Below, one piece after another: positions 11,391 to 24,373 of a stretch of 64,000 nt of DNA (position 1 is its first letter; each line of letters begins with the position of its first letter). The notes beneath the pieces were generated by a model. The model saw only the letters and a program-made list of their open reading frames with translations, was not told the DNA's origin and searched no databases. A program made the translations under genes and the position numbers. This DNA is from Camelus dromedarius (lineage: Eukaryota). The stretch lies in contig NC_087439.1 in the NCBI RefSeq assembly GCF_036321535.1, forward strand, positions 71,920,001-71,984,000. Reading direction: 5' to 3'.

Positions 11391-12487
11391 AACTCACTAT
11401 CGTTTGTTGTGAAGGAAGTAGTATTATCTCCTTTTAACAGAGGAACTGAGGCTAAGTTAGGTTTTCTCCGTAAGAATAAGAGCTGGAATTGAATCCTTGT
11501 TTGTCCAAATGAAAATGCCAGAGTTGTGTCTACTGTACCATTCAGTTACGCAGAAGAAGAAAAAAAATGACACCGTATGATCACTTCACCCCATTGTCAC
11601 AGTCCACTCTCAGAGCAGTTCTTTGAGGGGGGTCCTAATAGCCCCCAACACAGCTCAGGACAAACAAGCTCATCTTACACAGTGTGGAACCCAGGCAGCA
11701 GCGACTGAGGAAGTCTTTACCGGGCCTGGAACTTGCACAGTTTGGGAGAGGGAGAACTCTTTAAGAAAAAGAATACAAAACCTAAATTCCAAATTAGAAG
11801 GGGCCTCACAAGTGAGGAGCCCTGATGCTCGACCTTCCTGAGCTTTCTGGCAGCCCCCGTGCCAGTCTGGGAAAGTCAGGCTGTCCCCGACCCAGAAGCA
11901 GGGGTCAGGCGGCTCTGAGGGCGCTGGCACGTGAAAGGCAGCTACCACCGCCCTCGCTCCTTTGTCTGCTCTTAAGGAAGCCTTTCACCCTTCCTGCCTC
12001 GGTTTCCCCCTTGCGAAGTAGGCGGAATAGGCTGGGACAATACTGAGTGAGCAGAGTCTCTGGCCACGTCTGTGGGGGTGTTTTAAAGGATTCCGAGGGG
12101 GCTTTGCTGCCCCAAACATCGGACATTGCCTGGAACTGTCCCAGAGGATCTGCAGAGCGAGCCTGGCTTCTGAGAGGACAGACGCCCCACCAGCAGTGGG
12201 CCCAGTCAGGACCTTCGAGTCCCCAGAGCCGGGTGTTGGCTCAGCTTTGCCAGGAACTCTGTGACTTTGGAAAGTCACAGTTTCGTCACCTGGGAAACAT
12301 GGGAGTGAGGGGTCTCAGCTCATCTCTGTGTTCCTGTCCCGACTCCAAACTGCTCTCTGCTCGTCCAAACACACCGGAGAGCTGAGGCCCAGTGAAAGAC
12401 GGTTCCGTTTGTGAGTGGGGTTGAGGGAGGGAAGATTTGGGAGTGCTGACTTTGATGAGTAATAACAGCCACTTCTCTTCTTGGTCT

Positions 12488-12531
12488 TTTTTTGTTTGTT
12501 TTTGTTTTTGTTTTGTTTTGTTTTGTTTTGT
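12488..12531 (+). repeat. (GTTTT)n-type microsatellite in AOX1 intron 1
   Basis: Visible directly in the sequence. Confidence 0.85.
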
Positions 12532-12539
12532 CTTCATGC

Positions 12540-13160
12540 GTCTGGGTGGGAGCCGGAAACGGGGGAGGTTGATTATCAGCGTGTGCGTCTTGGAAGGGGA
12601 AGGGAAAGGAACATCAGGAAGGCGGGGGCCCAAAGATCCAGGGCAGTCCCTGAAACCGCATCTTTTCCGTGCCCCGAGGGTGCAGGTGGTGGCGCACAGG
12701 CAAACTGGCGTGCACCGCAGGGCCCGGTGCGTGCACGGTGCTGAAGCACCGAGGAGGCCCGGCGGGGCCGCCGAGGGCGAGCTCACCTTGCGGCCGTTCA
12801 CGTAGAAGAGCAGCTCTGCCGCCTGGTCCATGGTGGCGGCCCGCGGGTCCCACGACGGGGGCTCGGGGTCCGAGGGTCCCGAGAAGGAGTCGCCGGCACC
12901 TGGGATCCGGCGACGCTGACCGGGCGAGGGAGAACGGGCTGCAGAAGCCTCACGTCCAACCACCCCCGAGGAAGAAAGTCTCAAATAAGATCCAAAGTCC
13001 CGTGAGCGCCTGGCTAGGAAAACTCTCCCCGAGATATCGGACGTCACCGCCCCGCTCCCTCTGGCTGAGACCATTGGCTGAGACCTTTATCTCCTCGCCT
13101 GCGGCGCGCGGCGTCTGGGCCACACTCCCCCGCCTCTGAGCAGGTACTGCGCGTCCCAGA
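12540..13160 (-). promoter_or_regulatory. AOX1: AOX1 CpG-island promoter and first exon
   Basis: Dense CpG. On the gene strand: AGCCAATG NF-Y box (CCAAT 13073-13077), GC box (13047-13052) and CRE-like TGACGTC (13040-13046). TSS not determined. Confidence 0.8.
12787..12831 (-). CDS. AOX1: Aldehyde oxidase 1, coding exon 1 (MDQAAELLFYVNGRK)
   Basis: Perfect Kozak GCCGCCACCATGG; 45 nt; donor AAG|GTGAGC; matches the AOX1 N-terminus; lies in a CpG island next to SGO2, as in conserved synteny. Confidence 0.97.
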
Positions 13161-16100
13161 CATCTCTTTGGTCGTCTTATATGAGTACACATTTCAAATG
13201 GCTTTCCAGCTGGGAACGGTGGGATTTTTGTACCTCTCCTCCCACTACGCCTGTTGCAGCCCTGTGCTCTTAATAGTTCGTAAACAATTACATTCATTCC
13301 GGCTTTGCAGGAAAGGAGCTTTAGGACAACGGATGGTTTTACAACTGTATCTCACAGTTTCAGAGATAATTATTTTAGTTTTTATATCAAGAGCTACCTT
13401 GATATAAACTACTTTTTAAAGTTTTATCATTATTCATAGTTTATCCCAGTAAATAATCACAGTTTATCTGATGTGTCAACCGTGCTATAAAACATCTCTA
13501 AAAAATTTTTAAAAGTAAAAATTAGAAAATACCGAAAAGCATAAAAATAAGTCACCCGTGCCTACAACTTAGAATTTACCACCTTCTGGATCAATCTTTG
13601 CATTTTTGAAATCTGCACTGTAACACCTTTTAAAAACTCAAATGGGATTAAACTCTTCTTTAGATTTCTCTTAATATACCTAGAACATTTCCCCATGTTA
13701 TTTAATTTATATAAACATATACATTTTATTGTGAAACTTTCTAAAATTTGTACATGAAAGAGTACAACTAGCATCACCATACACCTCACTCACTGAGCTT
13801 TAAAAATGTTCAACATTTTGCCATGTTTTTTCTGGAGTATTTTAAAGCCAATGTCAGACACATTATTTTACCCCTAAATACTTCAGTATACATTAAAAAA
13901 ATTTTTCCTAAGCCAAAAAGCCACTATCAAATATAACAAAAAGAATATTTTAATATCTTCAAAATTCCCAGTGTCTTTTAAAAAAAAGTCTTTTTGTATT
14001 TGATTTCTGCTTGATGTATGTGCTTATTGTCTCTTCAGTCTTTTTAAATCTAGACTAGTCTCCTCGCCCACTGCCCCATTTCAATACTATTAACATGTTG
14101 AAGACACTAGGTCAGTTGTCCAATATAATGAACCACATTTTGAATACGGCTGGTTGCTTCTCCCTGGTGTTCTTTGTTCTTCCGTCCTATGTATTCCCTA
14201 TGCCCTGCATGTGGATCTAAAGCTTTGATGACATTCAGGTTCAATTTTTTTTTTTTACCTTCTTGGATTTTTGTAATTGTATCTTTCTCTTATGTCAAAT
14301 ATCTTGGTTCTGAAGCCTTAACATAATTGCTTTATCTTGTCCTTAGACCTATTTCAAAATAACCATATCAATATTATGGCAGCAATAAGACTAGAGAATA
14401 AAAATTTAAGATTTCTTTACAGTTCTTTTATCCTTAGAGTGTACCCTAGTGAAGACACAAGTTCAAAATGCTTTCTAAGGTCAGGTATCTCTGTCACCAA
14501 CTTGATAGTTCTCATTTTCAGTTGGCTTTCAAGTTAGCTGCCCCCTATTGTTACCTAGGTTATTCCCCCCAACCCCTTTCTTTTATTTTTTTGCTATTAC
14601 AGACCATACCATAGTGAAATATTTGTATTTTTTCAAGAGCAGTTTTGGTAGTTTCCTAAACGTGGGATTGCTGGGTCATATGATTTCATCTGCATATGTA
14701 ATTTTGCTGGATATTGTTAAAATCTTTTCTAGAAAGGTTGTATCGTTTTGCATTCCCTCCAGCAATGAACAGGAACCTGCTGGGGTTTAAAAAAAAAAAA
14801 AGGAAGAGACTGAGATCATTAGAACCTAGCAACTTGGAAGAGACGTCTGTGGGGAGGGCACTACTCAGCTGCTGCTGAAACCTCAGGAGGTAGGGAAAGG
14901 GCTTCCTGGAGCTGGAACTTAGATCTCAAATGACAGCGTGTGGTGAGGATGGGGCTGATACCTCAGAAGCCTGACGAGGCTCCCTGCCGAGCCAGGCCTG
15001 AGGCCTGTGAGGGGGCACCGCCTAAGTGGTACTGGTCTGGGAGTGCTAAACCCACTGATGACTGGAGCCAAGGGTTGCCCCACGTGCGATGTCATTGCTG
15101 CGGCAATGCTGACAGGAAAAGCAGGCAACCAGGAAGGAGCGAGTCCCTTTTCCCTCTTTCTGATTTTCCATCTCCTTCTATCACCCTCTATTGACAGAAG
15201 TTTAAAAAGTCAGCTAGCAAAGAAGAAAGGTGATCTGCAGAGTTCTAGCATCACACAGCAAAGGAGAGGGGCTTGGCGTTGAGACAGTAACTGGCACACA
15301 TTAAAAAGTGGGTTTATTCCATGAGAACAAGAATGTTTCAGTATCAACAAATTAATATAGCCTTGTGCTAATTATTAAGCTCCTGTGTTTCAACTTCAAA
15401 TCCACACTTCTCTACTCCACTTTAAGGCCAGGCCTTGGCAAACCACACTTCTCATTTGCCGGGCTCCCTCTCAGTCTCTGGCAATAGAAGGTGGTAGAGG
15501 GGAACAGAAAGGATGGAAGAGGAGGTAGAAATTTACTCCTGTTTGCTTCCTGTTCCTATCAGCATCCACATGGTTCACCCTGGCAGGAAATGACTTCAGT
15601 AGCCACAGCTGGCTCCATTCTGCAGCTTTTCCACCATATCAAGACCAGTCTTGTCACAGCCCTCAGGGAAACAGCACCCACCCCAGTCTTGGAGCTCTTC
15701 CTCTAAGCCTGTAAGTTTCAATAATTCCATCCTTTTCTCTGTGTTCCCTCAGCCCCAGAGGTGGTGGGTGCTTCCCATAGTCACTTCCTCTGTGATGCTC
15801 TGCTGGTCCCTTTTGCCTTCTTAGTTCTTGGTCAGTTCGCTAGAATATCGTTAACCATTTATAAGGTAATTGTGGTTTCTGTCTCTTAGTTGGACCCTAA
15901 TTAACAGTCTCCATCAATGTGAAGTCACTCACAAAATTCAACACTCACTCATGATTTTTTTTTAAAAAGCACTCAATCAAATAGTAATTGATAGATAATA
16001 TTTTAATGTGATTACAAATATACATAACCAGCTCAAACCACAGTATCTTACTTAATGGGGCAAAACCAGAGACATTCCCATGAAAATCAGGAACAAGACA

Positions 16101-17479
16101 AGGATACCCACTATTCCCACTGCTATTTAACGTTTAACATAAGGTAGCAGCCATGCTATTAGGCAAGAGAAAGCAATGAGGCATAAGAATGGGGCGGTGG
16201 GGGGGGGGGGTAGAGATGGCTGGGTTTTCAGATTTATCTGGAAAATATTACAAACAATAACAGAGTTTAGTAATTAACATACAGAAATCAATTATATTCA
16301 TATACACAAATGATAATCAATCAGAAGAGAGAATCAGAGAGAAGATCCCATTTGTAATACCAAGAAAAAAAAAAAGACAGAATACCTAGGTATCAAGAAA
16401 TGTGGCAAACCTCTGAGGGAAACTTTGAAACTCCTCTAAAAAGTCTCTATAATTAAAAGAGGATGGTAATGGGGCATAGTAGAAGGGAACAGAAAATTGA
16501 GAAATAAATTTAAAAGCACATGCAAATACAACATTGAAAAAGGTGGCACTTCAAATCAGTAGTGGAAACACGGACTTTTTAATGAGGAATCATTTAGAAA
16601 AAGGTCAAAATTGCATTCATACCTCACAGTATAAAATAAAACAAAATCCACATGAATCAAATTTAAATGTAAAAACAAATGAAATCATGGGTAAATGTCT
16701 TTATAATCTGGGAATAGGAAAATTGTTTCTCACTGTGACTAAATTCTACCAGCAATAAAAGGTTGGTAAGTCTGATACATACAGTGAAAAATAATTTGCA
16801 TGGGCAGGGAAACAAAGAAAAGACAAAGTTTAAGGAAAGGAGAGAAAAAAGTAATGCACAATAGGAAACATAGTACCAGAGAATGGCTCCAGGCAGTCCG
16901 AAGCTTTAAAGTAACAGGAGTACAGGAAAGAGAACAGGTTGTCAGGGTGCCAAGCTCTTAACCACTGTGTAAACTGTTCCTTTAATAAAGCCTCTAGCCT
17001 CCATTCAACCAACACTGTCGACACATGAGGAAGTTCTGTCAGACTATAGTCCTACAGCAGGTTCCTCAAAGTGTGGTCCTGGACAGTCGGCCCCAGAATT
17101 ATCTGAGATTCTTGTTAAAAATGCAGATAGAGTCTAAGAAAGCTTTCCCATCTAGGCAGAATAGAATCTGACTAGTTATTTGAATACACTAAGCTATGTC
17201 CATTAATCTCAGATATGAATAGAATTTACTACTTTTTAATACTAGAATAGTAAGTGATCTTCAAATTAAAGTTGTAAAAATCAAATTCAAAAGAGCCTGA
17301 GAGGTTAACCCCTCAGCCAAGTCATCAGATTACATATAATGGAAGTAATACAGAAGCTGACATTGAAAAAGCAATTTTGAAAGAAGAAGAATGAAAGGTG
17401 AGGGAACGTGGCCAGGGCAAAAGGTGACTTTTAAGATCTTATAGGTATTCACATCTTATGGGTGCTTACACTACTGAAT

Positions 17480-17566
17480 GGTTTAAAAACAAAACAAAAC
17501 AAAACAAAACAAGACAACCTGGTACACAAGATAACCAATGCAAAAGTATTTATAATACATTTTATT
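17480..17566 (-). terminator. SGO2: SGO2 polyadenylation signal with downstream GU-rich element
   Basis: AATAAA at 17561-17566 on the minus strand, about 310 nt after the stop, followed by a (GTTTT)n tract at ~17485-17515. Confidence 0.7.
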
Positions 17567-17872
17567 TGGTTAAAAGGCTAACAGCTATTGTTCAGTTAAA
17601 GGTTGTTTGGTTGAAAGGAGCTTAAATGAACAGGAAGATAAGTTATAGGATGACCAAAATAATTTAAAAAGCTTAATATTGCAATATAGCTACCTTACGC
17701 ATATTATTTAAACATAAGAATAGATAAATAAACACTCCATGAAAAGTCAGGGGAAAAAAAAAACACTCCAAAACTTTTAATCATGTGTTTCACCTTCTTA
17801 ATCCTGGTTATACCCATGTTTTGACTTGGTATGGTCTGAGAATTCAGAAAAACCAGAATCCATAAATTCACC

Positions 17873-17888
17873 TCATCTTCTCATCTTC
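17873..17888 (-). CDS. SGO2: SGO2 last coding exon (G-KMRR-stop)
   Basis: Acceptor TTTCTACTTTGTAG, then G AAG ATG AGA AGA TGA; completes KEPSLKGKMRR. Total CDS is 4053 nt = 1350 aa. Confidence 0.93.
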
Positions 17889-18289
17889 CTACAAAGTAGA
17901 AAAAAAGGAAGATTAACAATAACAACCGAAAGCTAATGCTTTTGCTGTGAAGTATGGAGAGGAAAATTGCTGCATCATACCAGTAGAAAGCGGCCTCCTC
18001 AAGCCACAAGCTTTGCCATACATTTAAAATACTGATAGTAGGAATTATAAATAAGGTTTAAGAGAAATTAATCAACACAGATTTTATACATTATGTTTTA
18101 CTACATATTTTATGAACTTTAGCATACATATAAGAATATAAGAAAATGTACAATTTAAAAACAATCAAATAAATGCTGATTTACCTACACCCAGGTTAAG
18201 AAATAAGCCATCAGCACACCTCCCAAGCCTCCAGTGTGCCCCTTTCTGATCACAGCTCTCTCATCCCCCAAGAAGTGATCACTGTTCTG

Positions 18290-18960
18290 AATGGAGTTCA
18301 ACAGTCCTTTGTTGAATAGGAGCAGGAATAGTGGGCATTCTTACCTTGTTCCTGATTTAAGTGGAAATGCCTCTTTTGTCTCCCCATTAAACAAGATACT
18401 AGCTTTAGGAGTAAGATATGTGTATATAATTTATCATTATACGACAGTGTCCCTCAATGTCTATTGAGTGTTTTAATCATGAGTGAGTGTTGAAATTTGT
18501 CAAAGCCTTTTTCAGCATCTATAAAAAAAGTCATATGCTTTATTCTCTTAGGTTTATTAAGATGGTGTATGATGATAAGTTTTCTAATATTAAACCAACC
18601 CTTACATTCCTGGAATAAGTCTCACTTGGTCATAGTGTATGTTTTTCATAGCATGGTGCTGGATATGCTTTTGAAATTGTGCGATGAACACTGGAGAGGA
18701 GTATGTGTTCTCTCTGATCAAAGTGTAGAGTTTGATATGTATTCATTCATAAGATTTACCTATTGATTATTGTTTAGATCTTCCATCTCCTTACTTATTT
18801 ATTGCCCATTTTATTGGTTTTGTATCGAGTAGTATGTTAAAATCTGTAAGTGTGTTCCTATGTCTCCATGCATCTCCTATAGTTATTTCTTCATAAAGGT
18901 AGCTGCTCTGTTATTTGGTACATAACTATCATAACTGTTATATACTCATTGTAGCTTAGG
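18290..18960 (-). mobile_element. LINE-1 ORF2 fragment
   Basis: Reverse-strand L1 motifs (GGCATTCTTACCTTGTTCCTGATTT, CCTTACATTCCTGGAATAAGTCTCACTTGGTCAT). Confidence 0.7.
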
Positions 18961-20209
18961 CCTTTTACTATTAAAAATGATCCCTCTGTCATGTTCAGTG
19001 CTTTGGGACTTAAGAGATAAAGACTTTAAAAAATATATTTGTACTACCTTCCTGATAACTCCTGCTGCTCCTATTCTCATGCCTATGATGTTTGCTCCAT
19101 AATACATGGTAAGCAGTTTCAGTGAGGATTTACTGGCACTGGGCGTCTATCAGAAGCTGTGCTATACCTGCTGCATGCCATTCCCAACCCGGAAAAAAAA
19201 AGGGGCAGCTGGATTGTCATTACTCTTAGTATTTATACTGATGTATATTGTGATTTTTGCTTTTAAAAAATTTACCAGCTAAACCAATTACCAAATAATC
19301 TGCATGCCCAGGAGAGCTAAACTAAAATAGAATACTACTTCATTAGAGCATTTTGCTATCTGTAGTTTAGAATAGGTAGCTCTTATAGAAGAATTAACTA
19401 AATTAAGTATTATCCAGCTATTAAAGGGAATGATAAAAATCTCTACAAATTAATATGGATTTCCAAAGCATACTGTTAAATGATAAAAAGCAAAGTTGAA
19501 CGGATTAGCTACAATATGCTACCTTTATGTAAGGAAAAGGGGGATATACATCTATCTGCTTATTTGTGCAGGAGAAATACAGAAATGATAAACCAGAAAC
19601 TAAAGGAATTGGTTATCCACAGGAGATGGGTGAAAACAGGATAATGGGAGTAGGGTGGCAGGGATGAAAGTAGTTGACACTTCTCTGCATATACCACTTT
19701 GCATGGCTCTGGCCTTACAATCCAAGAAACGTTTCACATGCTTGAAAAGTAAACAACAAAACCTACCAAGATGTGGGAAAAGAAAATGGAATACAAACAG
19801 TAACAAATGTATGACATGATTATGTTGAAGGGGGTTGGTAAGAAAAGAACTAAGACAAAAAGAACTGTACCTAAATGTTATGATCTAGTTAGTAAATATG
19901 TTCCTCACAGAATATGGGTCAGCAATTCTGAAACTACTTTATGTGTATGTTAGAACTGGACAAACAAATAAATACACTATAGCTAGTGAGAGCCAGGCTA
20001 CTTACCAATGGAGAAAGAAATTACAAGCAAACAAAGCTCAAATGAACCCTGTGATGTTGAACAAGAATCTGAGGTATCAGTATAAACTCATGGTTTTTAC
20101 CATATATACAGGTAGATAAATAAAAATAAAAGTGAGCATACACATGGGTTAGTATACCTACGTATATTCCCTCGCTCCAGCTGCTGAGAGGGCCTAACGT
20201 CAACGGCCC

Positions 20210-20784
20210 TGTGGTGGACAGACTCTAAGGAGGACCCCTCCATGACTCTGCCTGTTGCTGTTCATGCCCTTGTATAACACCCTCTCCCTGAGTACAGACA
20301 GGAGCTGTGACTCGCATCCAGCCAATAGAAATGGCAACGGTGATGGGTTATCGCACTTTTGAGATTATGTTTCATTATTTAACACTCCATCTTGCTAGAG
20401 GATTTGCTCCAGAGACTCTCTCTATAGCTAGTTTTGAAGCAAGTGGCCATGTTGGGAGGCCCATGTGGCAAGGAGCTAAGTGCAGCCTCTAGGAGCTGAG
20501 GACAGACTCCCGCCAACAGCAAAAAGCTGGGCCCTCTGTTCCATAACCACAAGGAAATGAATTCTTCCAATAATCTGTGTGACCTTAGAAGCACACAGGA
20601 GAGCCTCCAGATTAGAACCAGCCTGGATGACACTTTGTTTGCAGGTCTGTGAGATACTAAGCAGAGCACCCAACTTGGCTGAGTAGAGATTCCTGGTCCA
20701 CAGAAACCAAGAGATAATAAATGTGTGTTGTTTTAAGCCACCAGGTATATGGTAATGTTGTTATGCAACAACAGATAACGAACA
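20210..20784 (+). mobile_element. MLT1 (MaLR) LTR inserted into an L1 3' end
   Basis: TGTGGTGGACAG start; TTTTAAGCCAC...GTTATGCAACAACAGATAAC end; L1M-like sequence on both sides (~19400-20950). Confidence 0.7.
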
Positions 20785-20984
20785 CAACACAATATAGGTA
20801 GTGAAGAATACCTAGTGTCCAGATCTTGTATTGTGCCAATGCTAATCTTCTAGTTTTGAGAATCGTACTATGGGCATATAAGATGTCAGAATTAGGAAAA
20901 GCAAGGTGAGGAGCATATAAGAAACTTCTTTACTACTTTTACAACTTTTCAGTAAGTCTAAACTTAGTTTAAAATAAAAGGTTT

Positions 20985-21870
20985 AACTTACAACTCAATA
21001 ATAGAAAGATAACCCAACTGAAAAAAGGNNNNNNNNNNNNNNNNNNNNNNNNNNNNNNNNNNNNNNNNNNNNNNNNNNNNNNNNNNNNNNNNNNNNNNNN
21101 NNNNNNNNNNNNNNNNNNNNNNNNNNNNNNNNNNNNNNNNNNNNNNNNNNNNNNNNNNNNNNNNNNNNNNNNNNNNNNNNNNNNNNGTCAAATAGCAAGT
21201 GTGTTGGTGAGGATTTAGAAAAATCAGACCCCTATACACCATTGGTGGGAATATAAAATTGTCCAGCAGCTCTGGAAAACCGTCTAGCAGTTCCTCAAAT
21301 GATTAAACACAGTTACTACATGACTCAGCAATTCCACAACTAGGCAAATACCCAAGAGAAATGAAAACATGTACACACAAAAATTCACAAATGTTTATAG
21401 CATTATTCATAACAGCCAAAAGGTGGAAACAACTAAATGATCTTCAACAGACAAACGGATAAACAAAATGTGGTATACCTACACGATGGAATATTTTATT
21501 AGGTTGTAAAGAGGAATGAAATACTTCTCATACATGTTACAACAGGGATGAACCTTGAAACACTATGCTAAGTGAAAAAACCAGTCACAAAAGACCACAT
21601 ATTAAATGACTCCATTCGTATGAAATGCCCAGAAGAGGAAGTCTATAAGACAGAAGTAGATGAATGGCTGGTTGTCTAGGGCTGCGGGATACAGCAGTGA
21701 TAGCTAAAGGGCGTGGGGTTTCTTTTTGAAATGAAGAAATGTTCTAAAATTGACTGTGGTGATGGTGTGCATATCTGGAAGCGTGCTGAAAACCACTGAA
21801 TTGTACATTTTAAATGGATGAAATATAAGATATGTGAATGATAGCTCAATAAAGTTGTTTTTAAAAAGCC
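20985..21870 (+). mobile_element. L1M-type LINE-1 3' end spanning the assembly gap
   Basis: GACTCAGCAATTCCAC, TACCCAAGAGAAATGAAAAC, TGAACCTTGAAACACTATGCTAAGTGAAA, ending TAGCTCAATAAAG. Confidence 0.8.
21029..21186. other. Assembly gap (158 N)
   Basis: Run of N inside an L1 element in the last SGO2 intron. Confidence 1.
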
Positions 21871-22778
21871 CCTGGTCCTTCATTTTAATTGGCTTCTCTT
21901 TCACCCTCCCTTGCATTGCTGCCACCTGCTGGTATTGTTTTAAAATACCTATCAAAAATGATCAATGTCTTTAATTTTATGAAAGAAGCAAACACTGAAA
22001 CAACATAAAGAGAAAATGTGAGGATATTTCTAACCTTTGAAAATGCCATCCCAAATATGATAGGTTCTCTGAAACAGCTAGTTCATTTATCCTTGAAAAA
22101 AATAAGGTTTTGAATAAAACATATGTAAAAGGCAATTGGGCATTTTTGAGATAATCAAGGAAATGTGAATAATGATTTACTATTAGATGACAATGAGGAA
22201 TTATTGATAATTTTATTAGTTGTGATCATTATTGTCCAGTTTTGCTAAGTACTTATTTTCTTGAGATATATACAGAAGTGTTTTAGGAATTAAATGACTC
22301 AATATTAGGGATTTTCTTTAAAGGTACTACAACAATAAAAGGGCAGCTTTTAGAAGTAAATATGGCAAAATATTGATAACTGTCAAAGCTGAAGGATGGA
22401 TAAATGGTGGGGGAAGTACTATTCCCTCCTCGTTGGGGTATATTTGAACCCTAAAAAGAGGAAGAAAAAGACTTACTCTTTGAGACCAAAGGACATATAA
22501 ACCAGTTTGAATTCTTCTAAGGATAAAGTAGAAAATTAATAAATGGGGTAACAAATAATGGGGTTTGCAAATCATAGGCAATAAAAATTTTTTTAAAACC
22601 TATTCAAAGAATAGAAAAAGACATTTCTTCAGATCATACTGTGGTTGTTACATGTCAAAAATAATTGCTTCATTGATATTCAGAAGTGTTCAAATACTAA
22701 TTCAGGCAGGAATCTTTTTAAAAGCATACAATTTATAATATCACACTGAAATCACTTTTATGTCATTGAAATGCTCAC

Positions 22779-22929
22779 CCTTTGAGACTCGGCTCTTTTA
22801 AAGAGAGAGGAGTACACCTTCTTCTTCGGCTTGACAGCTCTGAAGATAGATCTTCTGACTTGTTTTCAGGTTTAGCAGCATTATTTGAAACAAAACTGTT
22901 ATTTGTCAAGTCCTGCAGCGTTCTAACAC
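22779..22929 (-). CDS. SGO2: SGO2 penultimate exon (VRTLQDLTN...SSRRRRCTPLSLKEPSLK), SGO basic motif
   Basis: 151 nt; TTTTTTCAG acceptor; GG|GTGAGC donor. Confidence 0.95.
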
Positions 22930-24373
22930 CTGAAAAAAGTATCATTTTCAAAAATATTTGTAACAGTAAATACACGGATGTGGAAGTAGATATGGGATAT
23001 TTATGGTTTATAAATTATTGGTAGCAAATTTTTTAACTTAACAATAATCAAGTTATAACTTTAAATTTTACAAAAGTAGCACTGAAATTATTTGTAAATC
23101 AGTTTTTCTAGCAATAATAATAAAAGAGATTTATAATTTAAAATAAACTATCAAAGTTGTCTGCAAAATTTTTATTCTGAAATCAGATTTAAGCTGATAA
23201 AAATTCTTCATGATTCAACTCCAGTCATAAATCAAACAAATTCCTGCACATTCATTCAACATCTGTCACTGACTGCTCACGCTGTGAAAGGCACCCTGAG
23301 GAACAGAGGTGAAAGATGGCTCAGCGGTGTCTAAAACGTCCTCCAACTCTAGACCCTGGCACTTTTTTTGCATCAGTATTCCTTTTACCTGAATAGTCTT
23401 ATCTATCAAAATCCTAGTGCTCTCTATACGTATATTAAAATGTTAGGCTCCCTGTAGAAAATTTTAATTGATACAGGAATATCTAATGTTACAGAATTTC
23501 TAATAACAAAGGAATATCAATGTTAAGGGGGAAAAGTGAGTTACTGCTATATCTAGTATGATTTCAAGGATATATTTAAAAATGCATAGAGTCAAGTCTG
23601 CATGCATATACCAAAATGTTGACTGCAGTTCCTATGGGTGATTGTTTTTCCTACTGTTTTCTGACTCTCTACTTTCAATTTTCTGCAATGACTGAGTATT
23701 ATTTTAATAATTGGGGAAAGTAAGAAGTTCTAAAGGTAAGAATCCTACCTATCCTTTAGGGCCTAAAATGCTATCTATTTCATGATGCCTTTGCAGGTTC
23801 CTCTAGTCAAAATTACTCCTCATCATTACATCTCTTAACATGTGTGCTTTTATTAAAGCATGTCACATTTAAACACCGTATTTGTTACTTTTCCATACAA
23901 GTATTCTGAGGAAAGGGAGTTAGTATTGTTTTTTAATCACCTAAAATACCTAGAATAATGCTTTGATCATATTAAATACATGCTATTGAAGAGAGTCCCA
24001 CCCTTAAGAAATTTATAATTGTCTTTCATAAACTCAAACCAGGGCAATTCATTACTATATATACATTTAAAGCACTCAATTTCCTTCAAAAATATGAAAA
24101 AGGAAATTATCTGCCTAATGTCATTATCAGACAACTTTGTGCCAAAGACCAAAATCCATTCTTAAGCGTATAAACGTCTAAGACATTAACTATTATCTTC
24201 TCAAAGTATTAAAATTTCTTCAAATTCCTTCGTATTACTTCTATAGATCAGGCTACATAGTTATATACTGTTTTAAAATTCCATAAAAATATCACTTATA
24301 ACAGGAAATGCTTTACTGGTTAAGTGAAAAAAAAAAAGCTTTTAAAACCTGATCACTTCAGATATTCACCTAC

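Noticed and set aside
12286-13074. 262-aa minus ORF containing AOX1 exon 1 in frame (possible N-terminal extension)
   Set aside because: It is a stop-poor GC-rich island plus intron read-through. There is no upstream ATG, and the annotated ATG has a perfect Kozak context.
21029-21186. Gap possibly hiding an SGO2 exon
   Set aside because: The flanking exons join in frame to give the expected KEPSLKGKMRR terminus, and the gap lies within an L1.
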